Positions 1 to 7,300 of a stretch of DNA of 10,190 nucleotides are shown one piece after another. Every line of letters begins with the position of its first letter. Within the stretch, counting starts at the first letter, position 1. The position numbers and the translations under genes were made by a program. Source of the stretch: Myxococcota bacterium (GTDB lineage Bacteria; Myxococcota; XYA12-FULL-58-9; JALHOP01); contig JBGGMJ010000171.1 of NCBI GenBank assembly GCA_041288095.1, positions 1-10,190 of the forward strand. The letters are read 5' to 3'. A model generated the notes under the pieces. That model was given only the letters and a program-made list of their open reading frames with translations. It was not told where the DNA came from and did no database searches.

Positions 1-135
1 TGGGACCGGGGCTTCGGCCTTGGCGACGGGGACGACGGGGGGGAGATCCGCGGGCGGCACCCTGTCGGGCACCCGCAGGTTCGGGCGAGTGCAGGCGAGG
101 GTCAGGAGGAGGGCGAACGACGCCTTACGGATCAT
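1..135 (-). CDS. Putative lipoprotein, 5' part only (runs off the window)
   Basis: Not in the ORF track. ATG at 135 gives MIRKASFALLLTLACTRPNLRVPDRVPPADLPPVVPVAKAEAPVP, open to base 1. It has a basic N-terminus, a hydrophobic stretch, a lipobox-like TLA-C (Cys15) and a Pro-rich tether. Confidence 0.7.
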   Translation of the reverse strand, partial: MIRKASFALLLTLACTRPNLRVPDRVPPADLPPVVPVAKAEAPVP

Positions 136-140
136 GGCGC

Positions 141-170
141 ATTTTAGGGGTGCCGAGCGTCATCGCGCAA
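141..170 (-). promoter_or_regulatory. Candidate sigma70 promoter for the lipoprotein gene (TTGCGC-N18-TAAAAT)
   Basis: Minus-strand TTGCGC at 170-165 and TAAAAT at 146-141, ending 5 nt before the ATG at 135. Confidence 0.4.
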
Positions 171-225
171 AGTTCAGGTTTGCGTCTTTGCGGCGAAATC
201 GGCAGATCTGGAGGCAACCCACCCG

Positions 226-1047
226 ATGAGTGCCGTTGGCAAGAGCTTTGCGCCCCGAACACGCGTCGTTTCCGACGCGGACGTGACCGCCTACGCGGAC
301 GCCACGGGCGACCGGGTGCGCGACGGTATGGCGCCGCCCATGGTCGTGGTGCTTGCGAGTATCGCCGACGGTGTCCTGCCGACGGTCATGTTGCCGGAGG
401 TCATCGGTGACGAGGGGCGCCTCCTGCGCTTGTTGCATGGCGAGGAAGAGATCGTCTGGTCGAGTCTCGTCCGCGCCGGCGACAGGCTGACGACTGTCGC
501 CACCGTCGAAGCGGCCGAGGAAAAAGGCAGCGGTGAGCTCTTGGTCATCGGCACCCGCATCGTCAACCAGCGGGACGAGCTGGTGGCACGCACGCGCTCC
601 TGCCTCATGATCCGCGATGGCAAACCCACGTCGATCCGCGCCTTGCGCGAGGAAATTGGTGGTCGGCGGGAGCGGACAATCGTCGAAACCTTCAACTCCA
701 CCTGGCGCGTGTCGGACGATCAGCCCGAGCGTTACGCGCGTGCTTCCGGAGATCACAACCCAATCCACCTCGACGACGCGGTGGCGCGCAAAGCGGGCGT
801 GCGTGGCCGCATTCTCCACGGCATGTGCACGATGGCGTTCGCGCAGCGCACCGTGGTCGATGCGCTCACCGGCGGTGACCCGCGGCGTCTCGCGAGCCTG
901 AAGGTGCGCTTCACCAAACCCGTCTATCCCGGCGATACGTTGACCTGTGCCGGTGGGCTGCTCGAGAACGGCGATGGTTTCGGCTTGGAAGTACGAAATC
1001 AGGATGGCTTGGTCGTGTTGCGCGATGCCGTGGCCATCATTCGGTAG
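226..1047 (+). CDS. MaoC-family (R)-specific enoyl-CoA hydratase / 3-hydroxyacyl dehydratase, double hot-dog fold
   Basis: The C-terminal half carries the hydratase-2 motif YARASGDHNPIHLD...ILHGM and RFTKPVYPGDTL. The N-terminal half looks like a degenerate hot-dog domain (YADATGD, LLHGEEEI, RAGDRL). GGAGG at 210-214. Confidence 0.9.
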   Translation: MSAVGKSFAPRTRVVSDADVTAYADATGDRVRDGMAPPMVVVLASIADGVLPTVMLPEVIGDEGRLLRLLHGEEEIVWSSLVRAGDRLTTVATVEAAEEKGSGELLVIGTRIVNQRDELVARTRSCLMIRDGKPTSIRALREEIGGRRERTIVETFNSTWRVSDDQPERYARASGDHNPIHLDDAVARKAGVRGRILHGMCTMAFAQRTVVDALTGGDPRRLASLKVRFTKPVYPGDTLTCAGGLLENGDGFGLEVRNQDGLVVLRDAVAIIR

Positions 1048-1056
1048 AGACAATTC

Positions 1057-1455
1057 ATGGGAAATGACGACGGCGATCGACCCAAGAAATCATGGAGGGA
1101 GATCGATCGCGCCCGCGAAAGCGGCCGGCGCGATGACTCGCGCGAGCGCGGCGGCAATGTGCTCGGTAACGAACGCTCGGCGGCGTACCGCGCTTACAAG
1201 TCGCAGCTCGATCGCCTCTTCGATGGCGGCGCCAAGGCGGGCGCGCCCAAGGTGGACGAGGCGGCCATCGCGGCGCAGCTCGACTCAGGTGACGAAGCGC
1301 TGGTGCTCGAGGCGCTCGGCACCATCGAGCGTTTGCACGGCGAAGGAACGCTCAAGCGGGCCGCCGCGTTGAAGGCACGTCTCAAGACCGTGCAGGCCAC
1401 CATCGACGACCCGACGATTCAGAACAAAGCGCGCGCATTACTCGAAAAATTGTGA
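1057..1455 (+). CDS. Hypothetical protein (132 aa, charged, probably helical)
   Basis: Starts 9 nt after the MaoC stop and has GC-rich third codon positions. No family recognised. Confidence 0.75.
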   Translation: MGNDDGDRPKKSWREIDRARESGRRDDSRERGGNVLGNERSAAYRAYKSQLDRLFDGGAKAGAPKVDEAAIAAQLDSGDEALVLEALGTIERLHGEGTLKRAAALKARLKTVQATIDDPTIQNKARALLEKL

Positions 1456-1561
1456 AATCGTGTCGGTGCCGCGCTGAATATTCGCTCTGAAAGCTCTGGA
1501 CTTTCCAAGCATTCAGTGGGAATTGCACGGCAACTTTCGTCCACGAAGTAGGGGGATTTTC

Positions 1562-1858
1562 ATGGCATCCGCCGACATGAGTCAGACTCTCCGGACGGCG
1601 CTCGAGCAGCTTCGCGAAGAGAAGCGCCGCATCGACAACGCCATCGTCGAGCTCGAAAACCTCGTGAATTCGCTCGCCGGTGTCCGCCGTCGCGGTCGGC
1701 CTCCGGGAAGCGGCAAGCGTGGTCCTGGCCGTCCGCCGAGCATCGGCGCGGGTGGCAAGCCGAAGCGCAAGGGTTGGAGCGCCGCCGCGCGCGCCGCCGC
1801 CGCGCAACGCATGAAGCGATATTGGGCTGAACGTCGCAAAGCAAAGGAAGGCAAGTAA
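1562..1858 (+). CDS. Small basic putative DNA-binding protein: N-terminal coiled coil plus AT-hook-like motifs (98 aa)
   Basis: ATG at 1562 is preferred over 1523 because AGGGGG precedes it. Heptad-like LRTALEQLREEKRRIDNAIVELENLVNSL is followed by RRRGRPP and KRGPGRPP (1685-1738), then a basic helix WSAAARAAAAQRMKRYWAERRK. Confidence 0.8.
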   Translation: MASADMSQTLRTALEQLREEKRRIDNAIVELENLVNSLAGVRRRGRPPGSGKRGPGRPPSIGAGGKPKRKGWSAAARAAAAQRMKRYWAERRKAKEGK

Positions 1859-2046
1859 TGGCTAACGAGCGTGAAGCGCTGGTGAAGAAGGCGCAGGGTT
1901 TGAAGGGTAAGGCCAAGAAGGCACGTGGCGAGGACAAGAAGGCAATCGCCAAGTCGTTCCGTAACGGCGCCCGCCGCTTGGCGCGCAAGATCAAGCAGAT
2001 GCCGAAGCCGGCGCCCGCCGCGGCCGCCGAAGCTCCCGCGAGCTAA
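1858..2046 (+). CDS. Small Lys/Ala-rich basic hypothetical protein (62 aa)
   Basis: TAATG stop/start overlap with the upstream gene and AAGGAAGG upstream. Contains 18 K/R against 5 D/E, with a PAPAAAAEAPAS tail. Confidence 0.7.
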   Translation: MANEREALVKKAQGLKGKAKKARGEDKKAIAKSFRNGARRLARKIKQMPKPAPAAAAEAPAS

Positions 2047-2055
2047 GAATCTCGT

Positions 2056-2097
2056 CGAACGGGGCGTTGGCGCCTCCGCGCGTTCAACGCCCCTTCG
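2056..2097. terminator. Hairpin between convergent genes, possible bidirectional terminator
   Basis: GGGGCGTTG (2061-2069) pairs with CAACGCCCC (2085-2093) and is extended by CGAA/TTCG around one bulge. There is no strong U-tract, and the hairpin overlaps the rsgA stop. Confidence 0.45.
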
Positions 2098-3139
2098 GTG
2101 AGTTGCGGTACTTCTGACGGACCGCGCGCTCCAGGCTCTTGGCGGCGCGCTTGCTGTCCGCTGCCGCCTTCGGATCTTCACGTCGCTGATTGGCGGCGAT
2201 CTCGCGCTGCAACTTCACGTAGGCGGCGAAGCGCTCGGCGTCCAGGCGCCCCTCGTCGACCGCCGTCTGCACGGCGCAGCCTGCGTCGCCGAGATGCGCG
2301 CAATCGCCGAAGCGACAACCCTTGGCGATTTCGGCAATGTCCGCGAAAGCGGTCTCGAGGCCGTCTTCCGCGTCCATGACACCGAGCTCACGCATGCCGG
2401 GCGTGTCGATGAGGATGGCGCCGCCGCCGAGCACGAATAGCTCGCGGCGTGTCGTCGTGTGACGCCCGCGTTCGCCGGCGATGAGAGCGGCGGTCGCCTG
2501 AGCTTCTCGGCCGAGCAGGCGATTCACGAGGGACGACTTGCCGACGCCGGACGAGCCCACGAGGGCCGCGGTACTGCGTGGAGTCAGGTGATCGAGCAGG
2601 ACGTCGGCGCCGGTCGCATCCTTGGCGATGGTCGCGATCACCTTCGCGCCATTGGTGACGCGCTCGATGTCGTGTTTGAGCGCGTCGAGCTCGGTCGCGA
2701 GGTCCGCCTTGTTGAGCACGACGATGGGGGTGGCGCCGCCTTCCCAGACGGTGGTGAGGTAGCGCTCGAGGCGCCGTGGGTTCACGTCTTCCCCCACCGC
2801 TGTGACGATGAAGACGACGTCGAGGTTCGCGGCGATGACCTGCGGCTCGGCGCGCTTGCCGACGGCGCGGCGCACTAGCTGGGTGCGGCGGGGGAGGAGG
2901 GCGTTGATGGAGGCGTGCTCATCGCCATCGCGGACGAGCACCCAGTCGCCGATGACGGGGCGTGAGGTCTTGTCATCGCGAAGCTTGCCGGTGAGACGGC
3001 CAAGCTTCGCTCGGCAGCCGGCGAGCCACATTTCGGCTTTGCCGTCGGCGATGATGCGGGCCGGGACGAGGTCCGGAAGGTTCGCGCTCTTCACCGCTTC
3101 GGCGAAGTGCGCGTCGAATCCGAGCTCCTCGAGAGTCAG
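2084..3139 (-). CDS. rsgA: Ribosome small subunit-dependent GTPase A (circularly permuted GTPase)
   Basis: Motif order is G4 NKAD, G1 GSSGVGKS, G2 HTTT, G3 DTPG, followed by the zinc site [14 protein letters not shown]; the OB-fold region includes PVIGDWV. The start is placed at CTG 3139 (351 aa). The track's GTG at 3094 is the alternative. Confidence 0.95.
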   Translation of the reverse strand: MTLEELGFDAHFAEAVKSANLPDLVPARIIADGKAEMWLAGCRAKLGRLTGKLRDDKTSRPVIGDWVLVRDGDEHASINALLPRRTQLVRRAVGKRAEPQVIAANLDVVFIVTAVGEDVNPRRLERYLTTVWEGGATPIVVLNKADLATELDALKHDIERVTNGAKVIATIAKDATGADVLLDHLTPRSTAALVGSSGVGKSSLVNRLLGREAQATAALIAGERGRHTTTRRELFVLGGGAILIDTPGMRELGVMDAEDGLETAFADIAEIAKGCRFGDCAHLGDAGCAVQTAVDEGRLDAERFAAYVKLQREIAANQRREDPKAAADSKRAAKSLERAVRQKYRNSPKGR

Positions 3140-3621
3140 TCGTCAGCCTTGTGGATCTGCTGAGCGAGATAGTTCTGCTCGCCGACCTGCTTGACCAGCT
3201 CGATTTGCGCCTCGAGCCAATCGATGTGCTCTTCCTCGGAGTGCAGGATCTTCTCGAGCAAGTCGCGGCTGCCGTGGTCGTTCTCTTCGCCGCAAGCCTT
3301 GATGCCGGCCTGGAGGCGGTCGACCGCTTGGTACTCGAGCGCGAGGTCGGAGCGGAACTGCTCGACGACGGTTTCACCGATGTTGAGCTTGTTCAGCTTC
3401 TGCAGATTCGGGATGCCGTTGAGATAGAGCACGCGCTCCATGAGCCACTCAGCGTGTTTCATCTCGTCGATCGATTCTTTACGGATGTACTTATAGAGGT
3501 ATTCGTAGCCCCAGTTGCGGCACATTTCCGCGTGCAAGAAGTACTGGTTGATCGCGGTGAGCTCACCGGTCAGCACGTCGTTGAGCAGATCGATCACACG
3601 CTTGTTCGTATCGCGGGCCAT
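3136..3621 (-). CDS. bfr: Bacterioferritin
   Basis: [21 protein letters not shown] (ferroxidase Glu/His and heme-ligand Met), LALE and EEEHIDWLE are all present. GGAGG upstream. Confidence 0.97.
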   Translation of the reverse strand: MARDTNKRVIDLLNDVLTGELTAINQYFLHAEMCRNWGYEYLYKYIRKESIDEMKHAEWLMERVLYLNGIPNLQKLNKLNIGETVVEQFRSDLALEYQAVDRLQAGIKACGEENDHGSRDLLEKILHSEEEHIDWLEAQIELVKQVGEQNYLAQQIHKADD

Positions 3622-3718
3622 GAGGCTCTCTCCTCCGTAAACGCCGCGACGTGGATAGCGGAGCGCGTCGATTTCAGCAAGCGATGAACGCTGCTAAGTT
3701 GGCGCAAACATAGAGAAA

Positions 3719-3737
3719 GCGAATGCGAACCATTCGC
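3719..3737. promoter_or_regulatory. Fur-box-like 19-bp inverted repeat between bfd and bfr
   Basis: GCGAATG-CGAAC-CATTCGC has perfect 7-bp arms. It has the hexamer layout of the Fur consensus GATAATGATAATCATTATC (12/19 identical), with GATAAT replaced by GCGAAT. Confidence 0.6.
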
Positions 3738-3773
3738 GGAAACGCATCGTCGTCCGCTATGGCGGACGAGCAA

Positions 3774-4010
3774 TCAGGCCGCCGTGAGCGGGGCTTCGGT
3801 GGCGACTTGTTGCGCGGACTTGCGCGCTTGGAGGAGCCCAACCGCGGGACAACCGCCGCACGCGATGCGCTCCTTGATCTGGCAGTGGCAGGCGCCACAC
3901 CCCATGCCCGCTCCGGACATGAGGCCAACCTCTTCGACGGTACGGGCACCGGCGTCGACACAGCTGTCGACCGCTCGCTCCGAAACTCCGTGGCAGAGGC
4001 AGACGATCAT
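3774..4010 (-). CDS. bfd: Bacterioferritin-associated [2Fe-2S] ferredoxin
   Basis: MIVCLC...GAGMGCGAC gives the C4-x-C6 / C38-x2-C41 pattern. It lies directly upstream of bfr. Confidence 0.92.
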   Translation of the reverse strand: MIVCLCHGVSERAVDSCVDAGARTVEEVGLMSGAGMGCGACHCQIKERIACGGCPAVGLLQARKSAQQVATEAPLTAA

Positions 4011-4028
4011 GGGGGGAAAGAACCTTCC

Positions 4029-4043
4029 TGCGAATCGTTCTTA
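4029..4043. promoter_or_regulatory. Second, imperfect 7-1-7 Fur-like site near the predicted bfd transcription start
   Basis: TGCGAAT-C-GTTCTTA, related to the sites at 4056-4070 and 3724-3738. Confidence 0.5.
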
Positions 4044-4048
4044 ATTGC

Positions 4049-4077
4049 AGTTTGCTGCGAACGGTTCGCAAAGTCAA
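4049..4077 (-). promoter_or_regulatory. Candidate sigma70 promoter of bfd (TTGACT-N17-CAAACT)
   Basis: The -35 is at 4077-4072 and the -10 at 4054-4049, with an exact 17-nt spacer, about 40 nt upstream of the bfd ATG. Confidence 0.6.
4056..4070. promoter_or_regulatory. Perfect 7-1-7 operator TGCGAAC-G-GTTCGCA (Fur-like) in the bfd promoter spacer
   Basis: Perfect palindrome with the geometry of the 7-1-7 Fur core TGATAATnATTATCA. Confidence 0.6.
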
Positions 4078-4172
4078 GCGCATTTGGACGTAACCAGCAG
4101 CGCCCCAAATTGGCTGCGGCCCCGCCAGAACGCGCCCCCTTTGTTAAATGAGCGCATGTTCACCGCATCGGT

Positions 4173-4304
4173 GCGCCTCCAAGAAGGTTCCTGGTCGATT
4201 CTCGGGCGCCTCCAAGAAGGTTCCTGGTCGATTCTCGGGCGCGTCCAAGAAGGTTCCTGGTCGATTCTCGGGCGCACCCAAGAAAGTTCCTGGTCGATTC
4301 TCGG
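4173..4304. repeat. Four head-to-tail 33-bp tandem repeats in the dnaE2-bfd intergenic region
   Basis: Unit GCGCCTCCAAGAAGGTTCCTGGTCGATTCTCGG starts at 4173, 4206, 4239 and 4272. Units 1 and 2 are identical, unit 3 has 1 change and unit 4 has 3 changes. No spacers. Confidence 0.97.
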
Positions 4305-4323
4305 GGCCCTTGGCAATCGGCCC

Positions 4324-7300
4324 TCAGTGAAAATCGCGGCTGGCGACCTCTTCCCGCGGCGCTTCAATCGGCGGAATCCAAAGCTTGCTGGCAACCAGAT
4401 GCACGACATCGTCCTGCGATTGGATCCGCCCGCTCACCCCAAGAAACATCTCCGTCTTCGCGAGCAACGGATACCTCTGAAACACCTTCTCCCAGAGCAC
4501 GACATTGACGAACCCGGTCTCGTCTTCGAGCGTCATGAAGACGACGCCCTTGGCGGTGCCGGGGCGCTGGCGGCAAATCACCAGGCCGGCATAGCGGACG
4601 CGATCGCCGTCCTTCTTGCGGCGTACCTCGGCCGCGTTGGGGAGGCCATGGGCGCGCAAAGCGTCGCGGATGCCTTCGAGCGGATAGCCGCGCGCGCTAT
4701 GGGAGCTGCTCTGGTAGTCCCAGGTGACCAGTGATGGCTGTGTGAGCTGGGCGAAGACCGGCGTTTCTCCTTGGTGCACCAGCGGCAACGGCAATGTGCG
4801 GGTCTGGGCGAAGCCGCGGACGTCCCAGATAGCCTGGCGCCTGGAGCTCGAGAGCGGGTCGAGGGCGCCGGCTTCGGCCAAGCGGGTGAGAATCTCGATG
4901 TCCAAAGGCTCGGGCGTCACCGGCGTTTTGGCGGGAGCGTCCGGAATCGGCGAAGCGGCGACGGTGGCGTCCGCATAAGCGTACTCGGGCGTGAGGACGG
5001 CGGCGGCCGCGGAGGGGGGGAGGCGGAGCTCGTCCTGGTTGGATGCGCGGGTTTGCCAAACGGTGGCGTGGTCGTCATCGGCCTCGATGCGGCCGTCTTC
5101 GCGCGCGGGCAGAGACGTCTCGGGCTCGAGGAGCTTTTTCTTCTTCGCGCGGGCGGCGCGCTTGCTCTCGCCGCTGGCGGTGCGTCCCACGAAATCGGCG
5201 AGCGACGCGAAGGGCTCGCGGTCACGGGCGCTCGTCAGGTGTTTACCCTGCGCCTCGCTCATGCCGCGGACGTAACGTAGACCCATGCGCAGCGCGAGCG
5301 GTGTCCGGCTGTCGGAGGTCGTTGTCCGCTCTAGCGTGCAATCCCATTCGCTCACCATGACGTCGATGGGCAAGATGACGACACCGCTGCGCTTGGCTTC
5401 CTCGATGATGGTCGCGGGTGAGTAAAAACCCATGGGCTGAGCATTGAGCAGACCACAGGCGAAGGCCGCCGGATAATGACACTTCAAATACGACGCCGCG
5501 TAGCTGATGAGGGCGAAGCTCGCGGCGTGACTTTCGGGAAACCCATAACTACCGAAGCCGCGAATCTGATTGAAAACTCTCTCGGCGAACTCGTCGGTGA
5601 TGCCTTTCGCGAGCATCGCCGAACGAATGCGGTCGCGATGCTTCTCGATCTGACCGGTGCGCCGCCAGGCCGCCATGTCGCGCCGCAGCTGATCGGCCTC
5701 ACCGGGCGTGTAGTCGGCGGCGTCCACGGCGATGCGCATGACCTGCTCTTGGAAAAGCGGAATGCCGAGGGTCTTCTCGAGCACCGGTTTCAACACGGGA
5801 TGCGGATAGTCGATGGGCTCGAGCCCGCTGCGCCGCCGTAAATATGGATGCACCATGCCGCCGGTGATCGGCCCGGGTCGTACGATGCTCACCTGAATGA
5901 CTAGATCGTAGAGCACTCGCGGCTTCAAGCGGGGCAACATCGACATCTGAGCGCGGCTTTCGATCTGAAAAACACCGACGGTGTCGCCCTTGCAAATCAT
6001 CGCGTAGGTTGGCGCGTCGTCCGCTGGAATGGTCGCCATCGAAAGCCGAACGCCCTCGTGCTCCTCGAGCATGCGGAAGATGAGATCGAGCTGGGTGAGC
6101 GCGCCCAAGCCCAGAAGGTCGACCTTGAAGAGGCCGAGCTCCTCCATGTCGTCTTTGTCCCACTGCACCACGGTGCGGTCTTCCATGGTTCCGTTTTCGA
6201 CGGGGACGATGTCGGCGACCGGCTCGTGCCCGAGCAGGAAGCCTCCAGGATGGATCGACAGGTGGCGCGGGAAATCCTCGATCTCGGTGACCAGCTCGAT
6301 GAGCTGACGGTAGGCGGGCAGCGACGGGTCGAGCTGCACGAGGTCGAGCACCGAGCTCGCGAAGTCGCCGTGATAACTCAAGAGCTTCGCGATACGGTCG
6401 AGCGCGGTCTCGGGGATGCCCAGCACCTTGCCGACGTCGCGCACCGCCGAGCGTGCGCGATAGCGGATGATGTTGGCGACCATGGCGGCGTGCGTGCGGC
6501 CGTATTTGGCGTAGACGTGTTGGATGACCTCTTCGCGGCGACCGTGGGCGATGTCGAGATCGATATCAGGGGCCTCGGCGCGCTCGCGCGAGATGAAGCG
6601 CTCGAACAACAAATCATGCTTGATGGGATCGACCGCGGTGATGCCGAGTAGGTAACAAACGATGGAGTTCGCCGCCGAGCCACGCCCCTGACAGAGGATT
6701 TCGTTCTTGCCGCAATACTCGACGATGTCGTGCATCGACAGGAAGTAGCCGCAGTAGTCCAAGTCCTCGATGACGGACAGCTCCTTGGCTATTTGTGCTT
6801 GCACCTTGGCCCGGTCGACATCGAAGCCGGGTGGATAACGTCTCGCGACACCCTCGAGACATAGGTCGCGCAGTCGATCTTTCGAGGTCGTCCCATCGGG
6901 CAGCGCTTCGGATGGGTAGCGGTACCGCAACTCGCGCAAGTCGAACGAACAGCGCGCCGCGATGTAGTTGGTGCGCTCCACCGCCGAGGGGTCGTCTTGA
7001 TAGAGCAAGCGCATGCTGGTGGCGCTCATCAAGGAGTGCTCGGCGTTGGCGCGGATGAGCGTGCCGGCGGTCGCGAGCGTTACGCCATGGCGGATGCAGG
7101 TGAGCACGTCATGCAGCGGCCGGCGCGCCATGGTGTGATAGAGCGCCTCGTAGCCTGCGACCAGCTCGAGCCCGTAACGCTTGGCACGGGCTTTCAGACG
7201 CTCTTCGCGGGGGACGTCGGCTGCCTCGCGATGGCGCGTCATCAAGGCGCAAAGTCGGTCACCGAAGGCCTCACGCAGCTTGCCGGCGCTCTCGTCGAGG

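Noticed and set aside
162..178. GTTCAGG as a second SOS box
   Set aside because: Only the right half-site matches; there is no GAAC-like left half.
160..1053. Long antisense ORFs (160..1053, 1582..2181, 3151..3687, 6058..6651, 6997..7722 and others)
   Set aside because: Shadow frames of real genes in GC-rich DNA, with no recognisable motifs.
4056..4070. bfd palindrome as a LexA box
   Set aside because: Spacing is GAAC-N1-GTTC rather than N4. The 7-1-7 geometry and iron-gene context fit a Fur-family site better.
4173..4304. CRISPR array
   Set aside because: The units are contiguous with no unique spacers, and there are no cas genes in the window.
4045..4734. ORFs through the repeats (4045..4734 +, 4074..4409 -, 4148..4330 +) giving 11-aa peptide repeats
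   Set aside because: A stop-free 33-bp unit keeps several frames open. These ORFs overlap dnaE2 and/or the bfd promoter and lack convincing starts.
4906..5178. Intein in DnaE2
   Set aside because: No C-terminal His-Asn followed by Cys/Ser/Thr, and the composition is low-complexity.
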